A stretch of 64,000 nucleotides of DNA from Gammaproteobacteria bacterium (GCA_021647245.1 JAKIVC010000006.1:16520-80519), one strand, 5' to 3'; shown: positions 47,920-58,414, counted from the first letter of the stretch. The notes: generated by a model not told the origin, from the sequence alone. Program-made: numbers and translations.

Positions 47920-49134
47920 ATGTCTGATATCAAAAAGGTTGTCCTGGCTTACTCTGGTGGCTTGGATACATCTATTATTCTCAAGTGGCTACAGGATGAG
48001 TATCAATGTGAGGTGGTTACTTTCACGGCTGATATCGGACAGGGCGAAGAGGTTGAGCCAGCGCGGAAAAAGGCGGAGGCGCTTGGGATCAAAGAGATCT
48101 ACATTGACGACCTGCGTGAAGAGTATGCGCGTGACTTTATCTTTCCGATGTTTCGAGCCAATGCGATTTATGAAGGTGAATATCTGCTGGGTACCTCGAT
48201 TGCCCGGCCACTGATTGCCAAGCGCCAAATTGAGATTGCAAAAGAGACCGGAGCAGATGCCGTCTCTCACGGTGCCACCGGCAAGGGTAACGATCAGGTG
48301 CGCTTTGAGCTGGGCTACTACGGATTGAATCCCGGTGTGCATGTGATCGCTCCTTGGCGTGAGTGGGATCTTAATTCCCGTAAAAAACTGCTGGCGTATG
48401 CTGATGAGCATGGCATTGCGGTTGAAAACAAGAAAGGCAAAAAATCGCCCTACTCGATGGATGCCAATCTGCTGCATATCTCCTACGAAGGCGGAATTCT
48501 GGAGGACCCCTGGGCGGAGCCAGAAGAGGAGATGTGGCGCTGGAGTGTCTCTCCTGAGCAAGCGCCTGATGTGGCAACTTATATCGAACTGACCTACCTA
48601 CAAGGCGATATTATTGCGATCGACAATATGGGGATGACCCCTGCTCAGGTAATGGAGCACTTGAATAAAGTTGGAGGTGATAACGGTATCGGTCGACTGG
48701 ATATTGTAGAAAATCGTTATGTGGGCATGAAGTCTCGCGGCTGCTACGAAACCCCAGCGGGAACCATTATGCTGAAAGGGCATCGCGCCATTGAGTCGAT
48801 TACTCTGGACCGTGAAGTGGCGCACTTGAAAGATGAGCTGATGCCGCGCTACGCGCAGATGATCTATAACGGCTATTGGTGGGCACCTGAGCGGCAAATG
48901 ATGCAGGAGATGATCGATGCTTCACAGGTTACTGTGAACGGTAAGGTGCGCTTGAAACTCTACAAGGGTAATGTGACCGTTGTGGGTCGTGAGTCTAAGA
49001 GCAACAGTCTGTTTGATGCTAATATCGCAACCTTTGAAGATGATGAAGGTGCTTATAATCAAGCCGATGCTGAAGGGTTTATTAAACTGAATGCGTTACG
49101 TTTGCGGATTGCCGGAAATAAAAAGCAGTGGTAG
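47920..49134 (+). CDS. argG: Argininosuccinate synthase
   Basis: [12 protein letters not shown]-binding motif and [14 protein letters not shown]. Confidence 0.97.
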   Translation: MSDIKKVVLAYSGGLDTSIILKWLQDEYQCEVVTFTADIGQGEEVEPARKKAEALGIKEIYIDDLREEYARDFIFPMFRANAIYEGEYLLGTSIARPLIAKRQIEIAKETGADAVSHGATGKGNDQVRFELGYYGLNPGVHVIAPWREWDLNSRKKLLAYADEHGIAVENKKGKKSPYSMDANLLHISYEGGILEDPWAEPEEEMWRWSVSPEQAPDVATYIELTYLQGDIIAIDNMGMTPAQVMEHLNKVGGDNGIGRLDIVENRYVGMKSRGCYETPAGTIMLKGHRAIESITLDREVAHLKDELMPRYAQMIYNGYWWAPERQMMQEMIDASQVTVNGKVRLKLYKGNVTVVGRESKSNSLFDANIATFEDDEGAYNQADAEGFIKLNALRLRIAGNKKQW

Positions 49135-49165
49135 GGCCGCTCGCGGTGAGTGGGCGCACCGAGCC

Positions 49166-49603
49166 TTAGAGCTGCCTTGCCAGCTCCTGTAGTTGTGCGA
49201 GGTAGGCCTGCTCGTCGGGCAATACATTATAGCGCTGCGAGCGCCACATCTCTTCCGCCAGCTGTTCCATCATCAGGTGCTCGGCATCGTGAGCAACCTT
49301 CTTTTTTTCTAACAGCTGGCGGGCTACATCACGGATTCCGGCAGGGCGGTCAGTTGATATCTGCTCATGCAGGGCGATGTGCATCGCCATATGCAAAAAG
49401 GGGTTGGTCTCTCCCAGTTCGGGAGGGTATTCGCGTTCTGCGTGCTGGTTTTTTTGCGCTATCAGCTTTTGATATTCAGGGTGCATTTTAATAACCCCGG
49501 TGATGATCTCTTCCAGCGGAGTGAGCGGCAGCTGTTGTTGCTGCTTCTCCCAGGCATCAAAAAAACCTTTACGCAGCTGCTTGCGGTCTTGACTGAAAAA
49601 CAT
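49166..49603 (-). CDS. DUF1841 family protein
   Basis: The conserved ...HPEY...GETNPFLHMAMHIALHEQISTDRPAGIR... block is typical of this family. Confidence 0.8.
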   Translation of the reverse strand: MFFSQDRKQLRKGFFDAWEKQQQQLPLTPLEEIITGVIKMHPEYQKLIAQKNQHAEREYPPELGETNPFLHMAMHIALHEQISTDRPAGIRDVARQLLEKKKVAHDAEHLMMEQLAEEMWRSQRYNVLPDEQAYLAQLQELARQL

Positions 49604-49606
49604 CGT

Positions 49607-50242
49607 TTATATCTCCGTTTTCTCGTGATATTCGCATAAATCCTCAATAAGACAGGATCCACAGCGAGGCTTGCGTGCGATACAGGTGTAACGGCCATGC
49701 AGAATCAGCCAGTGGTGTGCATCAACCAAAAACGCTTTGGGAATAACGTTCATCAGTTTTTTCTCTACCACCAGTACATTGCTTCCTGGCGCAATTCGGG
49801 TTCGGTTGGAGACTCGAAATATGTGTGTGTCCACCGCCATTGCCGGGTGACCAAAGGCGGTATTGAGTACAACATTGGCGGTTTTTCGCCCCACGCCGGG
49901 CAGTGCCTCCAGAGCTTCACGGCTTTCGGGTACTTCACTCTGGTGGCGGCCGACCAGCAGGGCGCAGGTTTTGATAATATTGGCCGCTTTGGTGTTGAAG
50001 AGGCCGATACTTTTAATATACTGTTTGAGCCCCTTTTCGCCCAGCTCAAAAATTGCCTGCGGGGTATTGGCGATGGGAAACAGCTTGTCAGTTGCCTTAT
50101 TCACCCCTTTGTCGGTTGCTTGTGCAGAGAGGATAACCGCGATCAGCAGTTCAAAAGGGCTTGAGTAGTTAAGTTCGGTAACCGGTTGAGGGTTCTCTTC
50201 ACGCCAACGTGAAAAAATTTCATATCGTTTTTGTCTGTTCAT
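49607..50242 (-). CDS. nth: Endonuclease III
   Basis: HhH-GPD motif (LPGVGRKTANVVL), catalytic region VDTHIFRV, and the C-terminal 4Fe-4S cluster C..RKPRCGSCLIEDLC. Start reset to give 211 aa. Confidence 0.95.
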   Translation of the reverse strand: MNRQKRYEIFSRWREENPQPVTELNYSSPFELLIAVILSAQATDKGVNKATDKLFPIANTPQAIFELGEKGLKQYIKSIGLFNTKAANIIKTCALLVGRHQSEVPESREALEALPGVGRKTANVVLNTAFGHPAMAVDTHIFRVSNRTRIAPGSNVLVVEKKLMNVIPKAFLVDAHHWLILHGRYTCIARKPRCGSCLIEDLCEYHEKTEI

Positions 50243-50460
50243 TGGGCTGAAAGCTTTTTTTGACCTCAAAATGAAAAAAGTGCCGATCGGCACACATGTT
50301 TGGCTGGATTATGCCGTTACAATCAAGTAGCTTGTTAAAGAATTGATGGAAGCTTACAATTATTAAAGGAATTGTACATATTCCAGTGTATAAAGTCATG
50401 GGTCCTGAAAGGTTCGAAGCGGCCAGATGTATGGCAAAAGCAAAGAGTGGGAGTAGATAG

Positions 50461-53304
50461 ATGCGCGATTGGATTAAACTAATAATGGTTATTACCTTTT
50501 CATTGGTACTGGCCGCTTGCGGTGGTGATGGCTTGGGAACCTCCAACTCAACAGGCCAGGACACTACAGTGCCCGATCCCGATCCCGATGTGCCCGTCCC
50601 TACCTCTAATGCAACTAATATAACGCTAGAGGTCAGTAGTCGGCAAATGCCTTCAGATGGCTCAAATACAGTCACCCTGACGGCAGTGGCCAGAGATAAC
50701 AGTAACCGGTATGTGGAGAATACAACCATTGAATTTTCTGCATCATCGGGTGGTATTTTACCGGGTGAGCGCACCATAACTAACTCTTCAGGGCGAGTCT
50801 CTGCAACGTTGGATGTGGGTGGTGATCCCGCTAATCGAACCATTACGGTGACCGCAGTTGATAGTGTAACCGGTCAGAGTGCCAGCCAATTGGTTGAAGT
50901 GAGGGATACACAGTTTGTCTTTTCCGGCCCCCAGCGTATTGAGGTGGGTGAGAGTGCCGAGCTGGTGGTGCAACTGGTGGATGCCGGTGGCAACCCGATC
51001 GCTTTTGAGACGATCACCTTAATCTCCTCTTTGGGTAATACTATTCAAACCCCTAACGGTCTGACCACAGACAGCACTGGCCGTGTTACCGTAACGGTGC
51101 TTGGCGGGGTGGCGGGTTCCGATATCATTACCGCCACGGCTGCCACTGGCCTGAATGCGGATAATAGTAGCTTTGCGCTGGATATTATCACTGCAGATGC
51201 TATCTCCTTCTACTTCGACTTGCCCGTTGATAATGCTGAGGTTGCATTGGGTGCCAATGCGGCGTTTCGTGTCTGCCTGACCGATAGCGCAGCGGCTGTG
51301 GCAGCGGGTACCGTTATTCAAATCTCATCCACCCGTGGAGCGTTCGGTTCAAGCGGCGGCGCGGTTGCCTCTTATAGCTCGAACGGAGTTGCCACTTGCT
51401 GGGATGATACATTGTCGAATCAGGGCGCGGGTTTTGCTCAAGTACTGGCGACCACCTCCAGTGCCACAACTGCTTATGATGGCTTGAGTGCTTCAAAACT
51501 ACTTGAGTTTATTTCAACCACGGTCAGCCAGGTTAATGTACAGGCTGAAAAATCTATTTTGGTACGTGGGGAGCAGACCCAGATTGTCGCCACACTGCGT
51601 GATAGCCACTATAATCTGGTGAAAAACAGAACGGTGAGCTTTTCCATTGATGCCGATGCCAGTAATGGTAACCTCAACCCTCCTACAGCAATCACCAACA
51701 GCAATGGAGAGGCGACGGTTGTTTATACAGCGGGGATGGCCAGTTCGGGGCTGTATGATGTGGTCATTAAAGCGCAAGATTATGAATCGGGACTTTTTTC
51801 GACCACAGAGCTTACGGTACAAAACAGAGCATTGCATGTAGCGCTGGGTACCGGTAATACCATGGCTAATTATGATGATGAGTCATTGACCAGCTATGCT
51901 CTCCCCTATAGCGCAATAGTCACCGACTCTGCTGGGCAACCGGTTGCTAATCAGGCGGTCAGTATCTCCATCTGGTCGCACCGTTATTACAAGGGTAGCT
52001 ACTACCCCACCTACTCTCCAACCGGTGGCTTTATCCTTTATAGCAATGCGCCCGTTGATGAGTATCAGTGGGATGTGCCTGATGATGGCGTGATTAACTG
52101 GGGGCGTGTGGTCACCTGCGGTAATGAGGATACTGACCTGAATGGTATTGCTGACTTTGACGAAGATCTCAACAGGAATAGATTTTTTGATCGAATCAAT
52201 GAAGATCTGAACGGTAACGGTACGATCGATTTAAGTGAAGATACCAATGCAAATGGTATTCTGGATATCCTTGAAGATGTGAACCGTAACGGTATTTTAG
52301 ATCCGGGTGAGGATCTTAATGGGAATGGTAAGCTGGATGCCACTGAGGATATCAATCTCAATGGGGTGTTGGATGGCAGTGAAGATACTAATGAAAATGG
52401 TGTTTTGGATGTGCTTGAAGATACCAACCTCAATGGCCGATTAGATCCAGGTGAGGATTTGAATTTCAATGGTGTGTTAGACGCCACGGAGGATCTGGAC
52501 GGTGATGGTTTCTTGACCAGCGAAGATATTAATCGCAACGGTATTTTGGATGCGGGTGAAGATACTAACGGTGATGGCGTATTAACCACGGAAGACCTTA
52601 ACGGTAACGGGGTGCTGGATGTCAGCGAAGACCGCAACCTCAACGGTCTGCTAGATCTGGGTGAGGATCTGAATGGTAACGGCATTATTGATGTTAGTGA
52701 GGACCGTAACCGGAATGGCTTTCTGGATGTGCTGGAAGATGCCAACAGAAATGGCACGCTGGATCCGGGTGAAGACCTCAATGGCAATAATATTTTAGAT
52801 CTCAGCGAAGATATCAATGGCAATGGTGTGCTGGATGTCGATGAGGATATTGATGGCGATGGGGTGTTTGATACCTATGAAGACAGCAATCAGAATGGGC
52901 TTCTGGATGCAGGTGAAGATCTGAACGGTAACGGCATACTTGATCTGCCGGTTGATGTGGATGTTAATGTTAATGGCCGCCTTGATCCGGGTAATATCGC
53001 GACCATTTCAGTGGATGACACTATCGGTGCCTTCTCAATCAATACCACTACGGATGAGAACGGTGTCGCGATCTTTGCGGTCATCTATCCTGAAAACTAT
53101 GCAAACTGGTTAGAGGTGTCACTCACCGCATCGGCCATTGTTGATGGCACGGAAGATTCAGCCCGAGTACGCTTCCGTTTACCGGCGCTGGCCAGTGACC
53201 TTAATCAGGAGGATGTGCCTCCGGCGGGTTACACCAGTCCATTTGGTCGCGGTTATGATGCGGGTACTCGCTTGATTCAGGGCTGTACGGTGGATGAAAT
53301 TTAA
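50461..53304 (+). CDS. Large surface lipoprotein, 947 aa: Big_1 (invasin/intimin-type Ig-like) domains plus a long array of calcium-loop repeats
   Basis: Lipobox LAAC. Several Big_1-like modules (e.g. ITLEVSSRQMPSDGSNTVTLTAVARDNSNRYVENTTIEFSASSG...SSGRVSATL). About 24 tandem 11-aa units of the form xxEDxNxNGxLD. Confidence 0.85.
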   Translation: MRDWIKLIMVITFSLVLAACGGDGLGTSNSTGQDTTVPDPDPDVPVPTSNATNITLEVSSRQMPSDGSNTVTLTAVARDNSNRYVENTTIEFSASSGGILPGERTITNSSGRVSATLDVGGDPANRTITVTAVDSVTGQSASQLVEVRDTQFVFSGPQRIEVGESAELVVQLVDAGGNPIAFETITLISSLGNTIQTPNGLTTDSTGRVTVTVLGGVAGSDIITATAATGLNADNSSFALDIITADAISFYFDLPVDNAEVALGANAAFRVCLTDSAAAVAAGTVIQISSTRGAFGSSGGAVASYSSNGVATCWDDTLSNQGAGFAQVLATTSSATTAYDGLSASKLLEFISTTVSQVNVQAEKSILVRGEQTQIVATLRDSHYNLVKNRTVSFSIDADASNGNLNPPTAITNSNGEATVVYTAGMASSGLYDVVIKAQDYESGLFSTTELTVQNRALHVALGTGNTMANYDDESLTSYALPYSAIVTDSAGQPVANQAVSISIWSHRYYKGSYYPTYSPTGGFILYSNAPVDEYQWDVPDDGVINWGRVVTCGNEDTDLNGIADFDEDLNRNRFFDRINEDLNGNGTIDLSEDTNANGILDILEDVNRNGILDPGEDLNGNGKLDATEDINLNGVLDGSEDTNENGVLDVLEDTNLNGRLDPGEDLNFNGVLDATEDLDGDGFLTSEDINRNGILDAGEDTNGDGVLTTEDLNGNGVLDVSEDRNLNGLLDLGEDLNGNGIIDVSEDRNRNGFLDVLEDANRNGTLDPGEDLNGNNILDLSEDINGNGVLDVDEDIDGDGVFDTYEDSNQNGLLDAGEDLNGNGILDLPVDVDVNVNGRLDPGNIATISVDDTIGAFSINTTTDENGVAIFAVIYPENYANWLEVSLTASAIVDGTEDSARVRFRLPALASDLNQEDVPPAGYTSPFGRGYDAGTRLIQGCTVDEI
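52125..52992 (+). repeat. Coding tandem repeat array, period 33 bp (11 aa), about 24 diverged units
   Basis: EDLNGNGTID / EDTNANGILD / EDVNRNGILD / EDLNGNGKLD ... EDLNGNGILD / VDVNVNGRLD, read directly from the translation. Confidence 0.85.
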
Positions 53305-53331
53305 CCCCTCTATTGTGCGGTGTGTTTAGTT

Positions 53332-53358
53332 AAAAAGGGTGGCATTGCCGCCCTTTTT
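53332..53358. terminator. Bidirectional rho-independent terminator after the lipoprotein gene
   Basis: AAAAA-GGGTGGC-att-GCCGCCC-TTTTT. Confidence 0.75.
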
Positions 53359-53386
53359 AATGGGCGAAATATCTGTATATAGATAC

Positions 53387-53544
53387 CCCTAATCCCCAGA
53401 TAGAAACCCGTATGCTACACAAGCTCTTGATTCTACAGCAAAACAAAAATAGCCGCCGAACCTGCGGGTGCGACTAATGTTTTTAGTTTCACTGTGAAAC
53501 CAAACGCTTACACATCATCTCGCGTTTCTATCTGGGGATTAGGA
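53387..53544. mobile_element. MITE-like non-autonomous element (158 bp) related to the IS1380-type remnant at 3040-3419
   Basis: Perfect 20-bp terminal inverted repeats CCTAATCCCCAGATAGAAAC (53388-53407) and GTTTCTATCTGGGGATTAGG (53524-53543). Flanking 5-bp direct repeat GATAC (53382-53386 and 53545-53549). No ORF inside. Confidence 0.7.
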
Positions 53545-53573
53545 GATACAGAAAAGATGGCAATATTAATTTT

Positions 53574-55775
53574 ATGTTGAGTCGTAAATCTATCTGGTCA
53601 GTTGCCGTTCCTTCACCCTTGCGCCGTGTTTTTGATTATTGGCTGCCGGATGGCTTGACGGTAGTGCCTCGGCCTGGGTTGCGAGTTGAAGTGCCTTTTG
53701 CCGGCCGGCAGCTGATCGGGGTGTTGATTCGCTCTCAGGCCGGCGGCAGTGTGACACCCGATAGTAAACTTAAAAGCATTATCAAGGTGTTGGATGATGA
53801 AGCGTTGTTGGGCGGTACGCTGTTTCGCCTACTGGCGTGGAGCAGTGGTTATTACCATCACCCGATGGGTGAGGTTTTTTCGGCCGCACTGCCAACGTTG
53901 CTGCGCCAAGGGGGTGAGCTGTCGTATCGTGGGCAGCGTTGCTGGCATTTAAGTGATACAGGTCTCGATGTTGACCAAGAGAGCCTTAAGCGAGCACCCA
54001 AACAACGTTTGTTGCTGACACTGTTGAGCGAACACGGAGTATTGAGTGATCGACAACTGAATCAATACGCCAAAGGGTGGCAGCCGGCCATGCGTTCACT
54101 GCGTGAGAAGGCGTTGGTGGAGGCTGAGCAGCGAGCCGAAATTCACCCAATGGCTGCTGAAGAGCTGAGAGAGCTCAATGCTGAGCAGGCGGTGGCGGTC
54201 AATGATGTGCTGGCAGGTCTGTCTGCTTTTCACCCCTTTTTACTGAATGGTGTTACCGGTTCGGGAAAAACGGAGGTCTATCTCTCCATTGCAGAAAAGG
54301 TGATTGAGCAAGGTCGCCAGGTGTTGATACTGGTGCCTGAAATAGGCCTCACACCGCAGCTGGTTTCACGTTTTCAGCAACGCTTTGCAGTGCCCATTGC
54401 ATTGATGCACTCGGGGTTAAACGACCAAGAGCGCCTTGATAGCTGGCTCATTGCCCGTGATGGCCGTGCGCCATTGATTATCGGTACCCGCTCGGCGGTA
54501 TTTTCGCAGATAAAAAATCTGGGTCTGATTATTGTTGATGAGGAGCACGACGCTTCGTTTAAGCAGCAGGATGGCTTTAGATACTCTGCCCGTGATGTTG
54601 CGGTAATGCGTGCCCGTCTTGAAAAAGTAGCGATTGTTTTGGGTTCGGCAACCCCTTCTCTGGAGACACTGTATAACGTCGCGCAGGGGCGATACCGTGA
54701 GCTTAAACTAACCCAGCGAGCCGGTGGAGCAAAACCACCTAAAATTGAGGCGCTGGATGTGCGCGGTCAATATATGGAGCACGGCATCTCCAATGCGCTG
54801 ATTACACAAATGCGTCAACATCTTGCAAAGTCTGGGCAAGTGTTATTGTTTCTTAATCGTCGAGGTTATTCACCTACCCTCCTATGCCATGATTGCGGCT
54901 GGTCTGCCGAGTGCCAGCGCTGTGATAGTCACATGGTCTTACACCAGCGCGAGCAGCGGCTTCGTTGCCACCACTGTGGTAAGGATGAGCGCATGGTGCG
55001 GGTTTGCCCGCAGTGTAAAAGTGAGCAGTTACGTTCGATAGGCCAGGGGACGGAGCGTATTGAGGAGGCACTGCAACACCATTTTCCTGAGTATGGAATC
55101 GTCAGGATCGACCGTGATAGCACCCGGCGCAAGGGCTCACTTCAAGCGATGATTGATGGGATCCATGATGCTAAGTATCAAATTTTATTGGGGACGCAAA
55201 TGCTGGCAAAGGGGCACCACTTTCCCAACGTAACGCTGGTGGGAATTCTTGATGCAGAGCAGGGTTTGTATAGTGCTGATTATCGCGCTATGGAGCGGAT
55301 GGCGCAGCAGGTTTTACAAGTCTCCGGGCGCGCAGGCAGAGCCCAGCGCCCGGGTACGGTTATTATTCAAACGCATCATCCCGAACACCCGATGTTGCGC
55401 GAGTTGCTGGAGCAGGGTTACACAAAGTTTTCCACCGCACTGATGCGTGAACGAAAAGAGACGGAGATGCCGCCTTTTACCGCGTTAGCTCTGTTGCGGG
55501 CGGAGTCGACTGACCAGGCGTTACCGCAAAGATTTCTGAGTGAGGTCTACCAGTTAGCGGCGGCACATGCGCTGCCCGATGTTCTTCTGTTAGGTCCGGT
55601 ACCCTCGCCAATGGAGCGCCGGGCGGGCCGTTACCGCGCCCAGCTGTTAATTCAAGCACCGCAACGGGGTGCTCTGCATCGTCTCCTGGATCTGTTGTTA
55701 CCCCAATTAGAAAAGAGCAAGCTGGGGCGAAAAGTCCGCTGGTCGCTGGATATCGACCCGATCGAAATGTATTAG
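53574..55775 (+). CDS. priA: Primosomal replication-restart helicase PriA
   Basis: Walker A GVTGSGKTEVY, DEEHD box, and the zinc-binding Cys cluster (CHDCGWSAECQRCDSHMVLH...CHHCG...CPQC). Confidence 0.96.
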   Translation: MLSRKSIWSVAVPSPLRRVFDYWLPDGLTVVPRPGLRVEVPFAGRQLIGVLIRSQAGGSVTPDSKLKSIIKVLDDEALLGGTLFRLLAWSSGYYHHPMGEVFSAALPTLLRQGGELSYRGQRCWHLSDTGLDVDQESLKRAPKQRLLLTLLSEHGVLSDRQLNQYAKGWQPAMRSLREKALVEAEQRAEIHPMAAEELRELNAEQAVAVNDVLAGLSAFHPFLLNGVTGSGKTEVYLSIAEKVIEQGRQVLILVPEIGLTPQLVSRFQQRFAVPIALMHSGLNDQERLDSWLIARDGRAPLIIGTRSAVFSQIKNLGLIIVDEEHDASFKQQDGFRYSARDVAVMRARLEKVAIVLGSATPSLETLYNVAQGRYRELKLTQRAGGAKPPKIEALDVRGQYMEHGISNALITQMRQHLAKSGQVLLFLNRRGYSPTLLCHDCGWSAECQRCDSHMVLHQREQRLRCHHCGKDERMVRVCPQCKSEQLRSIGQGTERIEEALQHHFPEYGIVRIDRDSTRRKGSLQAMIDGIHDAKYQILLGTQMLAKGHHFPNVTLVGILDAEQGLYSADYRAMERMAQQVLQVSGRAGRAQRPGTVIIQTHHPEHPMLRELLEQGYTKFSTALMRERKETEMPPFTALALLRAESTDQALPQRFLSEVYQLAAAHALPDVLLLGPVPSPMERRAGRYRAQLLIQAPQRGALHRLLDLLLPQLEKSKLGRKVRWSLDIDPIEMY

Positions 55776-55892
55776 CTTGACGGCCCAGCTGCTTTCACCG
55801 AAATAATCGTATCGCTCCATTTTGCATCCTGTCAGGATGCGTTAAAATAGCGTCATAAATTAGACACGCTGGCTACTCTCTGGAGAATTTAC

Positions 55893-57665
55893 TTGAAAGA
55901 TCATCTACATGGCTTGATTTTGGATGCTGTCGCACAACTTTGTAAAGAGGGGGTTCTTCCCGAAGAGGCGAGTATTGATGTGAAAATAGAGCGCACACGG
56001 GACTCTTCGCATGGTGATTTTGCCACCAATGTCGCTATGGTGATGGCCAAGCATGCTCGCCGCAAGCCACGTGAGCTGGCTGAAATGATTGTTGAGCGCC
56101 TACCAAGCTCGGTGAGTGTGAGTAAGGTCGATGTGGCAGGCCCCGGCTTTATAAACTTCTACATCACCGATGATGTGTTGCAATCGGTTGTTAAACGGAT
56201 TGTCGAAGCGGGCGAGGGATATGGCCATAGTTTGATGGGTGAGGGTAAGTTGGTTCAGGTCGAATTTGTCTCGGCTAACCCTACCGGGCCGCTACACGTA
56301 GGGCATGGCAGAGGCGCGGCTTATGGCGCGGCAGTGGCTGACCTGCTGAGTGCTGTGGGGTTTGAAGTTCATCGCGAATACTATGTAAATGATGCGGGTC
56401 GCCAAATGGATATCTTGGCTGCTTCCGTCTGGCTGCGTTATTTGCAGCTGTGTGGTGAAGAAATTATGTTTCCGGTGAATGGTTATAAAGGTGATTATGT
56501 TTCGGATATTGCCAGCTTATTGAAAGAGCGTGAGGGTGAGCGATTTAAATGGACGGCAGACGAAGTGCTATTGGGCCATCCGGTTGATGCTCAGCCGGAT
56601 GGTAGTGGCGATAAAGAGGCTTATATCGACTCTATTATCAGCCGTGCAAAGAAGCTGTTAGGTGTAGAGGGCTACCGTACTGTTTTTGACCATGGCTTGA
56701 ACTTGATACTGAGCGATATTCGCCAAGACTTGCAAGAGTTTGGTGTTGTCTATGATGACTGGTACTCCGAGCGTTCATTAACAGAAGGGGGTGGTGATAA
56801 GATTCAGCAGGCACTTGATCGCCTAGAGGCTAATGGTTATATCTATTTGAAAGAGGGTGCCCAGTGGTTTAAGTCCACGGCATTTGGTGATGAAAAAGAC
56901 CGGGTTGTGGTGCGTGATAATGGCCAGACAACCTATTTTGCTTCTGATATCGCCTACCACATGGAGAAGCTAGAGCGAGGCTATGAGCGGGTGATTGATG
57001 TTTGGGGAGCGGACCATCATGGCTATATTCCCCGAGTGAAAGCGGCACTGCAGGCGCTGGGTGAGGATGTGAGCAAGCTGGATGTATTACTGGTGCAGTT
57101 TGCGATACTTTACCGAGCAGGAGAGCGGGTACCCATGTCGACCCGCAGTGGCTCCTTTGTGACGCTGCGCGAGCTGCGTAATGAGGTAGGGAACGATGCT
57201 GCTCGTTTCTTCTATGTGATGCGTAAAAGTGAACAACACCTTGATTTTGATCTTGACCTGGCGAAGTCGAAGTCCAATGAAAACCCCATCTATTATATTC
57301 AATATGGTCATGCGCGGGTTTGTAGTGTCATGCGCCAGTTAGAAGAGAAAGGCCTCACCTATGACCAGGCGAGTGCGTTTAGTGCGCTGGAGCTGTTGAG
57401 TGAAGAGTGTGAGCAGGCATTGCTGGTAGCACTTGCCAAGTTTCCGGAAATTGTTGAGGCGGCGGCACTTAATCATGAGCCTCATCAAATCGCACACTAC
57501 CTGCGTGATACGGCAAATAAATTTCATACTTATTACAATGCTCACCCATTTATCGTTGAGAGTGAAACACAGAGAAATGCGCGTCTGGCGCTAATTCTAG
57601 CGGTTAAGCAGGTGCTGGCAAATGGGCTGAAACTGCTTGGGGTGAGTGCGCCGGAGTCCATGTAA
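55893..57665 (+). CDS. argS: Arginine--tRNA ligase (TTG start)
   Basis: Class I HIGH-type motif ([13 protein letters not shown]), an MSTRSG KMSKS-like motif, and a C-terminal anticodon-binding domain. Confidence 0.96.
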   Translation: MKDHLHGLILDAVAQLCKEGVLPEEASIDVKIERTRDSSHGDFATNVAMVMAKHARRKPRELAEMIVERLPSSVSVSKVDVAGPGFINFYITDDVLQSVVKRIVEAGEGYGHSLMGEGKLVQVEFVSANPTGPLHVGHGRGAAYGAAVADLLSAVGFEVHREYYVNDAGRQMDILAASVWLRYLQLCGEEIMFPVNGYKGDYVSDIASLLKEREGERFKWTADEVLLGHPVDAQPDGSGDKEAYIDSIISRAKKLLGVEGYRTVFDHGLNLILSDIRQDLQEFGVVYDDWYSERSLTEGGGDKIQQALDRLEANGYIYLKEGAQWFKSTAFGDEKDRVVVRDNGQTTYFASDIAYHMEKLERGYERVIDVWGADHHGYIPRVKAALQALGEDVSKLDVLLVQFAILYRAGERVPMSTRSGSFVTLRELRNEVGNDAARFFYVMRKSEQHLDFDLDLAKSKSNENPIYYIQYGHARVCSVMRQLEEKGLTYDQASAFSALELLSEECEQALLVALAKFPEIVEAAALNHEPHQIAHYLRDTANKFHTYYNAHPFIVESETQRNARLALILAVKQVLANGLKLLGVSAPESM

Positions 57666-58342
57666 TGGCACGTGACTATAAAAACAGTAGTCGCTCAAAA
57701 GCGGCTGATTCGAGCAGCTCCAGTATATCGAAAAAGCGTGGAGCTGTTAGCGCGAAGCGTAAGCCTGAGAGTGCTGTGGCATCCCCTCGTGCGGGAATGT
57801 CACCTGTAGTGGCATTGAGCTTGGGGCTGGGTATTGGTCTGAGCGTAGCCGCTTATATCTACTTTGTTCTTTTGCCCGACTCGTTAGAGGAGGCGGCGGC
57901 ATCTAAAGTTGAGGTGGTTATAAAAGAGAGTGGCCCCACCCCATCAGTGAAAAAAGCGGCCGATGTCGAGGGAGCGCGTTTTGATTTTTATTCAATTCTT
58001 CCCACGCTTGAGGTGATAATTCCGGATCAGGAGATCTACGAGTTGAGAAAAGAGTCTCAGGGGAGTGAGGCGAAAAAAGCCATTAAGCCAATTAAAAAGC
58101 CAGGACGCTATCTATTGCAAGCGGGTTCATTTCGTAAGGCTTCTGATGCGGAGCGGGTTAAGGTTGAGCTGGCATTTTTAGGTGTCGAGTCGTATGTTGA
58201 GCCGGTTGTTATTGATAATTCAAATACCTGGTATCGAGTACGTGTGGGTCCTTTCGATAACAACAAATCCCTAGATAAAATCCGTAACCGCCTGCTGGAT
58301 AATCAAATAGAGGTGATGGTGTTGAAGGTAAAGGAGGGGTGA
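57665..58342 (+). CDS. SPOR domain-containing protein
   Basis: One TM helix, a low-complexity linker, and a C-terminal SPOR domain (YLLQAGSFRKASDAERVKVELAFLG...WYRVRVGPF). Position after argS. Confidence 0.85.
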   Translation: MARDYKNSSRSKAADSSSSSISKKRGAVSAKRKPESAVASPRAGMSPVVALSLGLGIGLSVAAYIYFVLLPDSLEEAAASKVEVVIKESGPTPSVKKAADVEGARFDFYSILPTLEVIIPDQEIYELRKESQGSEAKKAIKPIKKPGRYLLQAGSFRKASDAERVKVELAFLGVESYVEPVVIDNSNTWYRVRVGPFDNNKSLDKIRNRLLDNQIEVMVLKVKEG

Positions 58343-58414
58343 TTTTCGCTTCTCTATGCACCGAATTGAATCTGCTCTGATAGAGATAGGGATTAGGGGT
58401 GGGATTAAGGTGAG

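Noticed and set aside
52065-52823. A 252-aa minus-strand ORF (SSLRSK.../PLRSS... repeats). Also the plus-strand ORFs 61669-62022 and 62056-62310 (LAPVRLAS... repeats).
   Set aside because: These are mirror images of the coding tandem repeats in the Ca-loop lipoprotein and the pentapeptide-repeat gene. The periodicity comes from the sense-strand repeats, and the arrays are not CRISPR (no unique spacers, units of 15-33 bp in frame).
38309-53304. Both giant lipoproteins (38309-41152 and 50461-53304) are exactly 947 aa.
   Set aside because: No sequence similarity beyond the lipobox, and the domain content differs completely. The equal length is a coincidence.
58381-58410. GATAGGGATTAGGGGTGGGATTAAGG resembles the IS/MITE end (…GGGGATTAGG). 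A CGTTTCTATC 10-mer at 23045-23054 also resembles the MITE inner end.
   Set aside because: Only 9-10 contiguous matches, with no paired inverted copy and no target duplication. This is within chance expectation.
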